A DNA stretch of 64,000 nucleotides from positions 14,136,001-14,200,000 of the forward strand of contig NC_086097.1 of assembly GCF_963921235.1 (NCBI RefSeq), in the 5' to 3' direction. The stretch comes from Mobula hypostoma. Lineage: Eukaryota. Position 1 is the first letter of the stretch. Each line of letters starts with the position of its first letter. Positions 51,260 to 63,009 of this stretch are shown piece by piece. The notes under the pieces were generated by a model. That model was not told the origin of the DNA. It saw only the letters and a program-made list of their open reading frames with translations, and made no database searches. A program made the position numbers and the translations under genes.

Positions 51260-51630
51260 GAGTCGTAGAGCGCTGTAGCACAGAAGCAGGACCTTTGGCC
51301 ATCTTGTCCACACCAAACCATTATTCTACCTCGTCCCATCAACCAGAACCTGGACAATAGTCCTCCACATCCTCCCCATCCGTATACCTATCCAAACTTC
51401 TCTTAACTGTCGCAATCAAACCTGCATCCACCACTTCTTCTGGCAGTTTGCTCCACACTCTCATCACCCTCTGAGTGAAGAAGCTCCCACTTAAACAGTT
51501 CACTTTTCACCTTTAACCTATAACCTCTAGTTCCAGTCTCACCCAATCTCAGTAGAAAACACCTGCTTGCATTTACTCTATCTAGAGGCCTCATAATTTT
51601 GTATACCTCTATCAAACCTCCCCTCATTCT
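51260..51630 (-). mobile_element. HER1/CR1 3' end
   Basis: MRGGLIEVYKIMR.LDRVN. Confidence 0.75.
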
Positions 51631-52792
51631 CCACCTGGCTGCCTTTAATAACTAACGCATGCAAATATGCAATACAGCAGTGGTCATCAAATCACTGTAT
51701 GTATAAGTGGCACCCAGTTCCAACATCTGCAATGTCTTGTGCCTCCACTGGGAAACAGGACTTGGCTGGGTGTGAAATGGCTCCTACACAAGCAGTGACT
51801 GTGTTCTCACATGGATTGGACTGGGACTGTTTGAAAAAGGGTGGCAGAGGCCCACAGGATTCTCTTTTGGCTTTGCTTTAGTTGTCAGTGTTTATTGATC
51901 ATTTGCATTCAAGTTAAGATCAAGTTCAAGTTTATTGTCATCTGACTGTGCATGTATACAACCAAATAAAACATCGTTCCTGCAGATAACAGTGCACTCA
52001 CAAAACATATATCATATACAGCACATAAAACAAAATATGACCTCAAATAAGTGAATAAAATATAATTCAGAATGCACGTTGTGTGCAGAATGGGTAAACA
52101 GTAAACACTATAGTGAACTGAAATTGCAGTTTTAATACAGTGAATGAAATTTGAAGTATGATATTAAGACAATATCAAACTAGGAGACAATCTAGCAGTC
52201 ACCTCTGCTACTCACTTACATAGTCGTAGTCATACTTTATTGATCCCGGGGGAAATTGGTTTTCGTTCCTTACCTTCCTGCTCTCCCGTTTATACCAGCT
52301 ATTCTACCTAATGCCCTTAGCCCTGATGCAGGGCCACACCCAAAATGACCGCCATTCTCTTCCCTCCACAGATGCTGCCAGATCCATTGAGTTCCTTCAG
52401 CAGTTTATCTTTTCTTTTTTGCATCCACAGTCTCTTGTGTCTCCAAATAGGGTGTGATGTCATTTGGTTTGATGCCTCAGAAGGCAGTGGAGGCCAATTC
52501 TCTGGATGCTTTCAAGAAAGAGTTAGATAGAGCTTTTAATGATAGTGGAGTCAAGGGATATGGGGGGAAGGCAGGAAAGGGGTACTGATTGTGGATGATC
52601 GGCCATGATCACAGTGTATGATGGTGCTGGCTCGAAGGGCCGAATGGCCTACTCCTGCACCAATTGTCTATTGTCTATTGGTGTAAAGGCCGGAGAAAGA
52701 TGTAAGCTGTTGTTGATATGTTGAAGGAATTGGCAGTAAAGCTGCAGATGATGCAGCACTGGAGGCAAGAAATCCAGAGGAGCTCCATGCCT

Positions 52793-53640
52793 CAGTAGCG
52801 CAGTGGTTAGAGCAACACTATTACATGTAACCCTCAGGTTCGGCCTGCATGTATTTGTCTAGGGGAAGACAGCCTCTGGCCCAGCCAAACGGAGAAATCT
52901 CGTTTGTGTGGATGCTGCGTGATGTGTTGCCCAGTTACAAATCTGAACCGCAAAATATCAGACAGTACAATGTATGCAATTAAACGATTGAACTTCATAA
53001 ATCTTAATCTGGCTATAGGGTTAGTAAAGAAAATAATAAGAAAAAGAGCCTGTTTTTATGAAACAGCCATTTTAGAGCTCACGGTTCTGTCCACTCATTC
53101 CCCATTGAGTTCCTCCTACTGGTGTCGCTGACTGTAGGACCCTTGCTCCAAGCCTACTCTGTCCACCGGTCTACCAACTCTTTCCTTTTGCGTTTTCTCT
53201 CTTCATCTCTTGCCAACAAAAGACCACGAAATCCCTGCTCTCAGACCCACAAGAAAGAACAACATGCCTCTCATTGGAGGGCGCACATTCCAAACCCCTG
53301 TTATCTCTAGTCATAATGCAAACATTGCTGCTACAGGGAAGCTATCACGTTGGCAGTGAAACCTTACAGCGCGTTACATACAGATCAGAGATTTCCAGAG
53401 TTTAGGGTTCAAATTCCAGTGCCATCTGTAAGGAGTTGTGTGTTCCCTTCGTGACCGTGTGGGTTTTCCCTGGGTACTCTGGTTTCATCCCACAGTCCAA
53501 AGATGTACTAGTTAATAGATGAATTGGTCAATGTAAACTGTCCTGTGATTAAGCCAGGGTTAAACAGGTCGATTGATGGGCGGTGCAGTTTATTGGGCCA
53601 GGAGGGTCTGTTCCACACAGCATTTCCAGAATAAAATTAA
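52793..53640 (+). mobile_element. HE1/V-SINE-type SINE split by a solo LTR
   Basis: A box tagcgcagtgg before 52826; B box and V core resume after 53382. Confidence 0.8.
52826..53378. mobile_element. Solo LTR (553 bp), Gypsy-like
   Basis: TGTAAC...GTTACA inverted termini; 4-bp TSD TACA (52822-52825, 53379-53382). Confidence 0.85.
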
Positions 53641-54329
53641 AATGAGATTAGATTTATTTGTCACATGTACATCGAAACATCAAAACATACAGTGAAGTGC
53701 ATCATTTGTGTTGGGGATGTGCTGGAGTGAGGGCAGTCTGCAAGTGATGCCAACATAATATACCATCATCCCGAAACATTTTCTCCCTTTTCCTTTTCCT
53801 TTCCTTGGAACATAGAAGATTGAGAGGAGATTTAATAGACGTATACAAAATTATGAGGAGTTATAGATAGGGTAAATGCAAGCAGGTTTTTTTTTCACTG
53901 AGGTTAGATGGGATGACAACCAGAGGTCATTGGTTAAGGGTGAAAGGTGAAATGTTTAAGGGGAACATGAGGGGAAACTCCCTCACTCAGAGAGAGGTGA
54001 GAGTGTGGAACGAGCTGCCAGCACAAGTGGTGCATACAAGCTCAATTTCAATAACAGGCATGTTGAACTGAGCGCAATTTTTAACCCTATGCCCCTGGGG
54101 ATTGTGGCCGAGGGGTGAGCTGTGGGCACTGAGCTATCCGGTTGGCTGGGACCGAGTGAAGACTAGCAACCAGCACGACAGCTCACCAATCAGAACAATG
54201 AGTCAGACCAATATAAATGCAGGCATTAGCAGAAACAACACTCAACTGCGTACTGATAATGTCACCTTGACTGGTGATAAAATATTTGCAAACTAAACTC
54301 TAGGCTTGGCAAACAACCCTACAGAGTTT

Positions 54330-55153
54330 AGGCGACAATGGCACCTAACGGCGACTCCTTTGCTTACATCTTCAGAAACAGCTCCATTTCTATTTTTAAT
54401 ATCTCTATTTTTCCCTTTCAGAGTTTTTTTGAAGACCCTGAGCTGAAGTTATGTGCTGACTTCGGTTCTTTGCGGGAATGGGACCCGCTCCCGGGATCTC
54501 ACGACTGATCTTTGTTCTTTATACCAAGGACGCAGCCTAGAAGATTAGCACGTCCTCGGAGTTTCAGGATATCCTGGCTCTGGAGATGGGCAGGCTTGAG
54601 GTCCGTGCCTCTGCAGGAAATTGGTGTGTCATGGGAGATGGAAGGTCGAAAGCAACGAGCTGGCTGCTGGCTGTGTGCCCAAAGACCCGAGTTCTTTGGT
54701 TACAGAGCTCGGAAAAAGCAACGCTACAGACTTTTAACATCGTAAATCAGTGAGTTGTTTTTTTATGTCTCCCCTCTCATAGTGAAACAGGGACACCTCT
54801 TTTCCCCTTATTAGGGAGAGAGAGAGGCTGTGGTATGTCGAATTACTGGGTGAACGAGTAGTCTTTGGGGTACTGCAAGTCTGTGTCTTTATTGGTGCTT
54901 TGCAGCATGCATGAGTGCTTAGTGGAGGATGCTGATGCTTTTTGCTGGTGGGGGAAGGAGATCGTTGCTTTGCTGCTGCTTACGCGTGGGGGAGCTGAGG
55001 GTGGCTTTGGGGTTCTAACGTTTAATGGTCATTCATTCTTTGGGGCACTCCTCTGTTTTTGTGGATGGTTGCGAAGATAAAGCATTTCGGGATGTATATT
55101 GTATAGATTTCTCGGACATTAAATATACCTTTGAAACCTTTTAAACCTTTGAA
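54330..55153 (+). mobile_element. ~820-bp non-coding retroposon with (cctttgaa)-type tail
   Basis: CpG-containing body, 3' tgtatattgtatag...attaaa followed by cctttgaaaccttttaaacctttgaac; no ORF. Confidence 0.5.
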
Positions 55154-55489
55154 CATGATAAGACTTATAAAGAGACTTGATCCCATAGGATACAAGACAT
55201 CGGAAATAATTAGAGGTATAGAATGGGAAAAAATAGCTAGGAAGAGCTGTGTGATTAGAAGAAAAAGATTTGTAAATGGACGTAATAGGAGCTTTCAAGG
55301 TCAGTTATGGGAACAGAAAAAGTCAATGCACAAAACTTGCTTAGGGTAACAAGTAGTTCAAATCATCAACACGAGAGAATCTGCAGATACTGTTTGCTAG
55401 TCTTCACTAGGTCCCAGCCAACAGGATAGCTGTGTGATCTCCACTGGCAGATATCCCAGTTTAGTAAATGCTGTCAGCATTGGTTCGTC

Positions 55490-56860
55490 AGTGCAGGAGG
55501 CAGTGAGTGGGAATAAAAGGGGCCTTTTCTGGTTGGCTGCCAGTGACTAGTGGTGTTCCTCAGGGGTCAGTATTGGGACCGCTACTTGTCAATGATTTGG
55601 ATAATGGAATTGATGGCATTGTGACAAAGTTTGCAGAAGATAGGAAGATAGGTGGAGTGGTAGGTAGGGCTGAGGAAGCAATGTGATTGCAAAGGACTTA
55701 GACAAATTGGAAGCATAGGTAAAAAGTGGCAGATGGAATACAGTGTTGGGAAATGTATGATAATGCATTTTGGTAAAAGGAACAATAGTGCAAAGTATTA
55801 TCTAAAGGGGGAGAAAATTCAAACATCATAGACGCAAAGGGACTTAGGAGCCCTCGTCAAGATTCTAGCGTGGTCGGGTGCTTCCAGGATGCTGCATCGG
55901 CAAGTTTGCGGTTCTGGAAGCTCATGGCAGGGAGAGTTTCTTCCTTCTACCGTCTGTGTGAGATGATGGGCTATCGGGACTTTGAGACTTTTTTTTAACT
56001 GTGCCCATGGTCTGCTCTTATCAAATTACTGTATTGCTTTGCACTGTTGTAACTATATGTTATAATTATGTGGTTTTCGTCAGTTTTAGTCTTGGTCTGT
56101 CTTGTGTTTCTGTGATATCATACCGGAGGAACATTGTATCATTTTTTAATGCATGCATTTCTAAATGACAATAAACGGGGACTGAGTGTCCTCATAATCT
56201 AATCTAATCTTTAAAGAAAAGGTTAATTTGCAGGTTCCGTCTGTGGCAAAGAAGGCAAATGCAATGTTGGCATTTATTTCAAGGGGAATAGAACATAAAA
56301 ACAAGGAGATAATACTGAGGCTTTATAAGACACTGGTCAGGCTGCACATTGTCAACAGTTTTGGGCCCCATATCTCAGAAAGGATATGGTGGCATTGGAG
56401 AGAGTTCAGAGGTGGTTCACGGGGATGATTCTGGGAATGAAGGGGTTAATGTATGAGGAGCATTTGGCAGCTTTGGGCCTATACTCACTGGAATTTAGAA
56501 GAATGTGTGTGACTCTCATTGAAAGATACCAAATACTGTAAGGACTAGATAAGGTGGATGTGGAGAGGATGTTTCTTATGGTGGGGTATCCTGAACTAGA
56601 AGCACAGCCTCTGGAACAGAGTAAGGAGGAATTTTTTTTAGGCAGAGAGTAGTGAATCTGTGGAATGCTCAGCTGTGGGGACCAAGACCGTAGGTATATT
56701 TAAAGTGAAAATTGCTAGTTTCATGATTCGTCAGGGCATCAAAGGATATGGCGAGAAGGCAGGTGTATGGGATTGAGTGGGATCCAGGATCAGCCATGAT
56801 GCAATAGCGGAGCAGACTCAATGGGCTGAATGGCCCAATTCTGCTCCAATGTCTTATGGT
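55490..56860 (+). mobile_element. CR1 RT relic split by an (aatct)n-tailed element
   Basis: GWLPVTSGVPQGSVLGP, KFA; AKKANAMLAFISRG; CR1 3' UTR. Confidence 0.85.
55866..56210 (+). mobile_element. (aatct)n-tailed retroposon, copy 3 (shorter, diverged)
   Basis: ...aatgacaataaacggggactgagtgtcctcataatctaatctaatct. Confidence 0.8.
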
Positions 56861-56865
56861 TTTAT

Positions 56866-57335
56866 GGAAGATGCTGGAATAAAAATGTGGCAGAAGAGGA
56901 AGGAGAACAGCTGAAAGGTAATAACTGAAACAAGGTGGGCAGGAAAGGTAAAAGGCTGGAGAAGAAGGAATCTGACAGGAAAGGAGAGTGGACCAGAGAA
57001 GAAAGGGTAGGAAGAGGGAACCCAGGAGAAGGTGATAGGCAGGTGAGAAGAGGTAAGGGGCCAGAGTGGAGAATAGAGGATGAGGGGAGGGGGAAGGAAA
57101 CACTTTTTTTTACCAGAAGGAGAAATCAATATTCAAGCCATCAGCTTGGAGGCTAGCCGAACAGAATATAAGGTGTTGCTCCTCCACCCTGAGGGTGGCC
57201 TCATCGTGGCCAAGAAAAGGCCATTGACCGACATGTCAGAAAGGAAATGGGAATCAGAAATAAAATGTTCAGACACTGGTAATTTTCAGTTTTGGTGAAC
57301 GGAATGGAGGTGCTCAATGACGCAGTCTCCCAACT
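56866..57335 (-). mobile_element. Penelope-like element, GIY-YIG C-terminal relic
   Basis: LGDCVIEHLHSV...LPVSEHF...SDMSVNGL/HDEATLRVEEQHLIF...SLQADGLNIDFS. Confidence 0.82.
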
Positions 57336-57966
57336 AAAGTGACATTTTCCTTTCTATCAGGTAGAAAAGGAAGGAACAGAAGACTCTGGTGAGAGGGGAG
57401 ATTTTCCTTCCTTCCAACTTACAAAGGATCTTATTAATGTCGGTACTGGACTGATAGGCATAAGTATCCGTCTAAACTATCAGTCAGTACACTCAAGCAA
57501 TGAGTGTTCTCTGGATTCGTGTGATTTTGACAGTAGTGCTTGGCCTGAATTATAATCCCATGTTTTAAATGGCATCCTCTTCTCCCAGTCAGAACATTGT
57601 TTCTATTGTCTTGTTCTTCAGTCTCCCCACAAAAATAGGCAGTTAAAATGCTAAAGAGTTGGTTTGCATACTCATTAACTTTAGAATTGCTGCGGGTTAT
57701 CACCTAAATCAGCCATTTATTTAAGTCCACAAAGTAAATGAATGTTGATTACACTGATTACTGTTCATTAACTCTAATGTTTGTCTTCATCTTGATGATG
57801 CACATTTACAGGTAGACTATATGCACTTAAAGTGGAAAACACAGGGATTATGCATGTACCACAAGCAAGCATTGAACATAGAACCTAGAACATTGCAGCA
57901 CAGTACAGGCCCTTCAGCCTATCTTGTTCTACTGGCCCTTCAACCTACACCGAGATCAATCCAAAC

Positions 57967-58047
57967 CAGGAGTTCCCAGTCTGGGCTCCACGGACCTCTC
58001 AGTTAATGGTAAGGCCCCATGGCATAAAATAAGTTTGGTAACCCCTG
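57967..58047. mobile_element. 81-bp hAT-type MITE
   Basis: Ends caggagttccca / tttggtaacccctg; 8-bp TSD atccaaac versus atct[insert]aaac. Confidence 0.65.
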
Positions 58048-58050
58048 ATC

Positions 58051-58432
58051 TGTTATAGGAGTCAACATGGACACTGTGGAGGCTGTGGCAAACCAAAGGA
58101 CCCTATGGAAAATCCTGGCAATTCTGGACAATGTTTCTCACCCTCTGCAAGCCACCTTGGCTGAACAGAGGAACACTTTTAGTAATAGACTAAGACAACT
58201 GTGCTGCTCCAAAGAGTACTACATGAGATCATTCTTACCCTCGGCCATTAGGCTCTATAATGAGTTAACCTATAGCCGGGGAAGTGATGACCCCCTTGTG
58301 GTAACTTATTTTTTTATTCTTTCTAACTTCATTTCTAGTATTTGTATATTTGTATATCTGTGCACTTGTAATGCTATTGTGACACTGTAATTTCCTTTGG
58401 GATCAATAAAGTATCTATCTATCTATCTATCT
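58051..58432 (+). mobile_element. Rex1/Babar LINE 3' end with (tatc)n tail
   Basis: ILDNVSHPL...FSNRLRQLCCSKE...RSFLPSAIRLYN; gggatcaataaag(tatc)n. Confidence 0.85.
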
Positions 58433-58922
58433 AAACCTTCCCTCCCACATAGCCCTCCACTTTTCTTTGATCCATATGCCACATGGCATCCATTGACTTG
58501 TAGTTGAATGTTTATCCCATTAGTTTTTCTATCATGATGGTCCCAGTGAGTTACTTCCCCCAAACAGTAAGGCTGATCAACACCCCCACCCACTAACCCA
58601 CCACTCCAGACTGCCTCCACCGCTACATGATCATTCCTGCTAGTCACCTTATAAGACTATAGCTCATGAGTTATGGAAGCAGAATTAGGTCATTCTGCCC
58701 ATCGAGTCTGCTCTGCCGTTTCATCATGGCTGATTCATTTTCCTGCCTTCTCCTGACCCTGATCAATTAAGAACCCATCAACTTCTGCCATAAATACACC
58801 AAATGACTTGGCCTGCACAGCTGCCTGTGGAACAAATTCCACAGTTTGCCACTCTCCGGCTAAAGAAATTCTCCCTAATCTCTGTTCTAAATGGGCGTCC
58901 CTCTTTTCTGAGGCTATGTCCT

Positions 58923-59382
58923 CCATATGATGAAAGACTGGATGAACTAGGCTTATACTCGTTGGAATTTAGAAGATTGAGGGGGGATCTGATTGAACCG
59001 TATAAAATCCTAAAGGGATTGGACAGGCTAGATACAGGAAGATTGTTCCTGATGTTGGGGAAGTCCAGAACGAGGGGTCACAGTTTGAGAATAAAGGGGA
59101 AGCCTTTTAGGACCGAAATTAGGAAAAACTTCTTCACACAGAGAGTGGTGAATCTGTGGAATTCTCTGCCACAGGAAACAGTTGAGGCCAGTTCATTGGC
59201 TATATTTAAGAGGGAGTTAGATATGGCCCTTGTGGCTAAAGAGATCAGGGGGTATGGAGGGAAGGCTGGTACAGGGTTCTGAGTTGGATGATCAGCCATG
59301 ATCATACTGAATGGCGGTGCAGGCTCGAAGGGCCGAATGGCCTACTCCTGCACCTATTTTCTATGTTTCAATGTTTCTATGT
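58923..59382 (+). mobile_element. Young CR1 3' fragment (same subfamily as 19431-21968)
   Basis: YDERLDELGLYSLEFRRLRGDLIE...; same 3' UTR and tatgtttc tail; abuts an older reverse CR1 (~58660-58922). Confidence 0.92.
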
Positions 59383-60933
59383 GCAGACCCTCATCTGCCT
59401 GGTGTCATTTTATAGACAAGCAAGTTGTCTGTTTCTTTATATTTATTGGGGTTGTATTATTATATTTTTGATTATTATTGTGTTCTTTATCGTATTGTGG
59501 ATAATTGGATCTGGAGTAACAATTATTTTGTTCTCCTTTACACTTACGTACTGGAAAAGAACATTAAATAATCTTGAAACATGCTGGCTCTGCTGGGCAA
59601 TACCAATCAGTCTCTGCTAACTTGCTCTGTATCATGAGGTCCTCTTTTATGTTGGTCCATGCAGGTCTCCACTGGACAATGCCTGTGGCATGTTGATCTC
59701 TGCTGGAGTCTGCCGGGCTGCTCTATGACTGTCTCCATCGGTCAGTGATGTGCTATTGGTTTTGGCTTAGCTGTGGGCGGATGCCCTTGATTATGCATTA
59801 TTTGCTTTTTTGGAACCAAAGGACAGAATAGCAAGAAGAAGCTGAGGCAGACATTAATGAAGTGGTGCAGGAGCCCATGTGATGGCCACTTCCTCTTGTT
59901 TCATATGCCTTTGTGGTGAAGCGCTTGGCATCTTCCTCGATCAGTTTCTACTTTCTTCAATCAGTGAAGAACAACAAGGGTGGAGAGGTTTGACTGAAGT
60001 GTGGAGAGGTGGGGGTTGCTGGGGAAACAGCCTGGCCACCTTAGCTAGTCTAAAGAGGGAGCATCTTGCAAGCCATTTGGGATGAGCCTCAGAACAGTGA
60101 GGCTGCCGATGCCTAGCCATGTTCGAAAGGAGGTAAGGTAGAGGAAGACACACAGGACAAGGAAAAAATGCCAATAAGAACTAAGTCTCTGAAGAGCTCT
60201 CTGTGAGTGAAGTCCCTTCTACGTAGAAGACACATCCTTGAACAATCTAGACATTTAAACCATGCAGAAACTGCATTGGGTTCAACTTCAGAAGCAGTTT
60301 TGTCATTCTAAAACAGTGTAAAAGAAAGGATATCTTCCTTTTTTTTCTTTCTCTTTATTAGGTGGAGTTAAAGAACAGGCTGCGTAGCAACCACAGTCGC
60401 AAACAGGAAAACCACAGCGATCAAAACACAGCACGGTTCATTACCTTAGTAAAAAAAGACTCAACACTTTCTGCATCAGTTTGCAGAAGAAAAAAACAAC
60501 TCTAGCAAATAATTATCGTAAAAGTATTTTGAGCAGAACACCGAAGGAGAGTACATTTAAACTAAAACGACTCAATTAACAGCATAAAGTATGGCAGTGT
60601 AGTGGCAAGCCCTCTCAGTGGCTAGAAGATAGAAAGGGATTATCTCAGCAGGGAGCTAATGCAGACTGCACCACAAACCACAGCAAGCTCCGCATTTGAC
60701 TGACAGCCACCCAGCAAAGTTGACAGATTCATCGGTATACTGGCTGCTGGCACAAGGCTCCCCTCATCAAAGCTGGAATAAATTGTTTTGCAAGAGGAAC
60801 CAGGGCATCCAATGCTTGTCAGTGATAATCCAATTAATTCTCCTTTTTTCCCCCTGCATTTCAATTTATAGTTGCTCTTGTGGTCCATTTGTAAATAAAG
60901 AGAAAATACAATTCCATCCTTGATGCTGTGCAA

Positions 60934-61291
60934 CATCCTAGGATGCCCTGGGACACATCATCAGTGATGTAACTGGGGTCATTGGGTGGTTTTGGGTCTT
61001 TCGGCACCATAAACTCTCACCCAGGTGACCCAGAAAGGACTGATCAGGCCCTGGCTTGTGTCCCGTCAGTATTGATCCACAGATGACACCTCTTGATCCA
61101 TAGCCGTCTGGAACCTCTACACACCACCTCTATAGGCTCGCATCGTGCCCTTCACCTCAGTCTCTGGCACCAACTCCTGGTATTTGGCTTTCTTACACTC
61201 AAACTCCTCCTCAATCCGGCCTTCCCAAGGAACAGTCAGTTCCACCATGACCACCTGCTTTGAGGTTTCTGACAGAATGACCACGTCAGGC
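60934..61291 (-). mobile_element. HERO/NeSL-type non-LTR retrotransposon 3' fragment (restriction-like endonuclease)
   Basis: PDVVILSETSKQVVMVELTVPWEGRIEEEFECKKAKYQEL.../ARCEPIEVVCRG, matching PD-(D/E)-K..KY..L RLE motif. Confidence 0.8.
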
Positions 61292-61525
61292 GTATTTTTA
61301 GTGCAGGCGTATAAATGTATCCATTTACTTTATATGCTGTGTGTGCATTTAAAGCTGTTTCTCTATGAGCTGAGCAGCATCTTGCACGTTCTTCCAGAAT
61401 AATTCTGACTCTCTTTATGCCTTTCCTTCCCTATGCTAACACTCATAATAAAAATACCATCAATAAAAAATAAGCGAAATAAAAAAAAACAAGAATTAAA
61501 GTAGCAACAAACTATATGGTGAAGG

Positions 61526-61662
61526 ATCCTGAGGAAAGGCCTCTGCCTGAAACGTCAACTGTTTATCCATTTCCTATAACTGCTGCCTGACCTGCTGAGC
61601 TCCTCCAACATTTAAGGTGTTTTGCTCTGGATTTCCAGCATCTGCAGAATCTCTTGTGTTTG
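61526..61662 (+). mobile_element. Penelope-derived terminal fragment with decayed hammerhead
   Basis: cctgaggaaaggcctctgcctgaaacgtcaactg...ccagcatctgcagaatctcttgtgtt. Confidence 0.65.
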
Positions 61663-61763
61663 GCAAACTTCATGGGACTGGTTTGTTATTCTCCTGTGAG
61701 AGTCTGTGTCTGGGTGTGTGCGGGAACATGTGTAGCTATGGCTGTTTCGTGCACAAGTGTGAC

Positions 61764-61801
61764 TGTGTGTGTGTCTGTGTGTGTGTGTGTGCGTGCGTGC
61801 G

Positions 61802-61851
<50 letters not shown>

Positions 61852-61858
61852 CACACAC
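61764..61858. repeat. (GT)n/(GC)n compound microsatellite
   Basis: Direct observation; alternating purine-pyrimidine tract. Confidence 0.95.
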
Positions 61859-62449
61859 GGGAGCAGGTGAGCAAATAGGTTTCTGGTTGCATTTGAGTAG
61901 GCATGTTTCTAGGCCCCTGCCTAGCTGCTTGAAGCTTATATGAGTGTGACTGTGAATGGATATGTGAGATAAGAGATAGAGAGAGAGTGTGTCGAGAATG
62001 TTGGCATAAAGGATGTCAAACATCAGTGATGAAATTTGCCACTGGCCCCACTGCACTAACATAATTTTCAACCAACTGAAGGTAAGGCCCCGTGGCCTGT
62101 AAGCCCTGTTCTCCTGTACGATTCAGAGATATGGATTACCAACAGATAGCTCAGCAAACCTACTAGGGAGGGGCCACCAGTGCTAGTTCTGCAGAATCCT
62201 CCACTTCCTTTGCATATTTTACCAGGCTACATCTACTGTGCCAAAGCTCTGGGTTCAGCCAGCTCGCATGGCGTGAGGGTATCACTCACAGGCCTGAATC
62301 CAGAGTGGCAAAGCAAGCATTAACACCAGTCTCTAACATAGCAACCAGCGAGGGCAGAGCAACTACTCCACAGATGATCTCAAAGTGACATGCTGGTCAT
62401 TAAACCAGAGCGTGTGGAAATAGGCCTTTTTGGCCCACTGAGTCCAGAC

Positions 62450-63009
62450 TAGGGTTGCCAACATTCTCACTCCCAAACAAGGGACAAAAGTAGCAGTCAA
62501 ATACAGGACACTTGTGTTTAATCCGAGAAAGACTACCATGACCATGAAGCCTTGCGTGGGCACCTGTGTGCGCATGCGTGATGTGCACATACGTGACGTG
62601 CGCATGCGTGTACTTGCCGATTTTTTTCTACAAATCAGTTTTGGCCTAATCTTCCCGATTCTATTAAGTGAAACTACACTGTACATACATTATTTCTACG
62701 TTATATAGGCTGTGTATTTATCATATCATTCCCACTCTTACTAGATGTTAGTGTTATTTTAGGTTTTATGTGTTATTTGGTATGATTTGGCAGGTTATTT
62801 TTTGGTCTGGGAACGCTCAGAATTTTTTTCCCATATAACTTAATGGTAATTGCTTCTTTGCATTACGCCATTTTGGCTTACGAACAATTTCATAGGAACA
62901 CTCTACCTTAGCAGGGGGAATATGGGACAAGGGCGGTCCTGTATGGGACAAACCAATTTAGCCCAATATACGGGATGTCCCGGCTAATACGGGACAGTTG
63001 ACAACCATA
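62450..63009. mobile_element. hAT (Blackjack-like) MITE, 560 bp
   Basis: TIR tagggttgccaac / gttgacaaccata, perfect 8-bp TSD gtccagac (62442-62449, 63010-63017), subterminal gggaca repeats; sits in a reverse SINE. Confidence 0.9.

Noticed and set aside
60940..61060. Hammerhead-like words (ctgatga, gaaa) in the HERO 3' UTR, minus strand
   Set aside because: Could not build the required stems and cleavage triplet from this copy
62090..62350. RTE-like RT relic (LLYDSEIW)
   Set aside because: Single short motif in highly decayed sequence; boundaries unsupported
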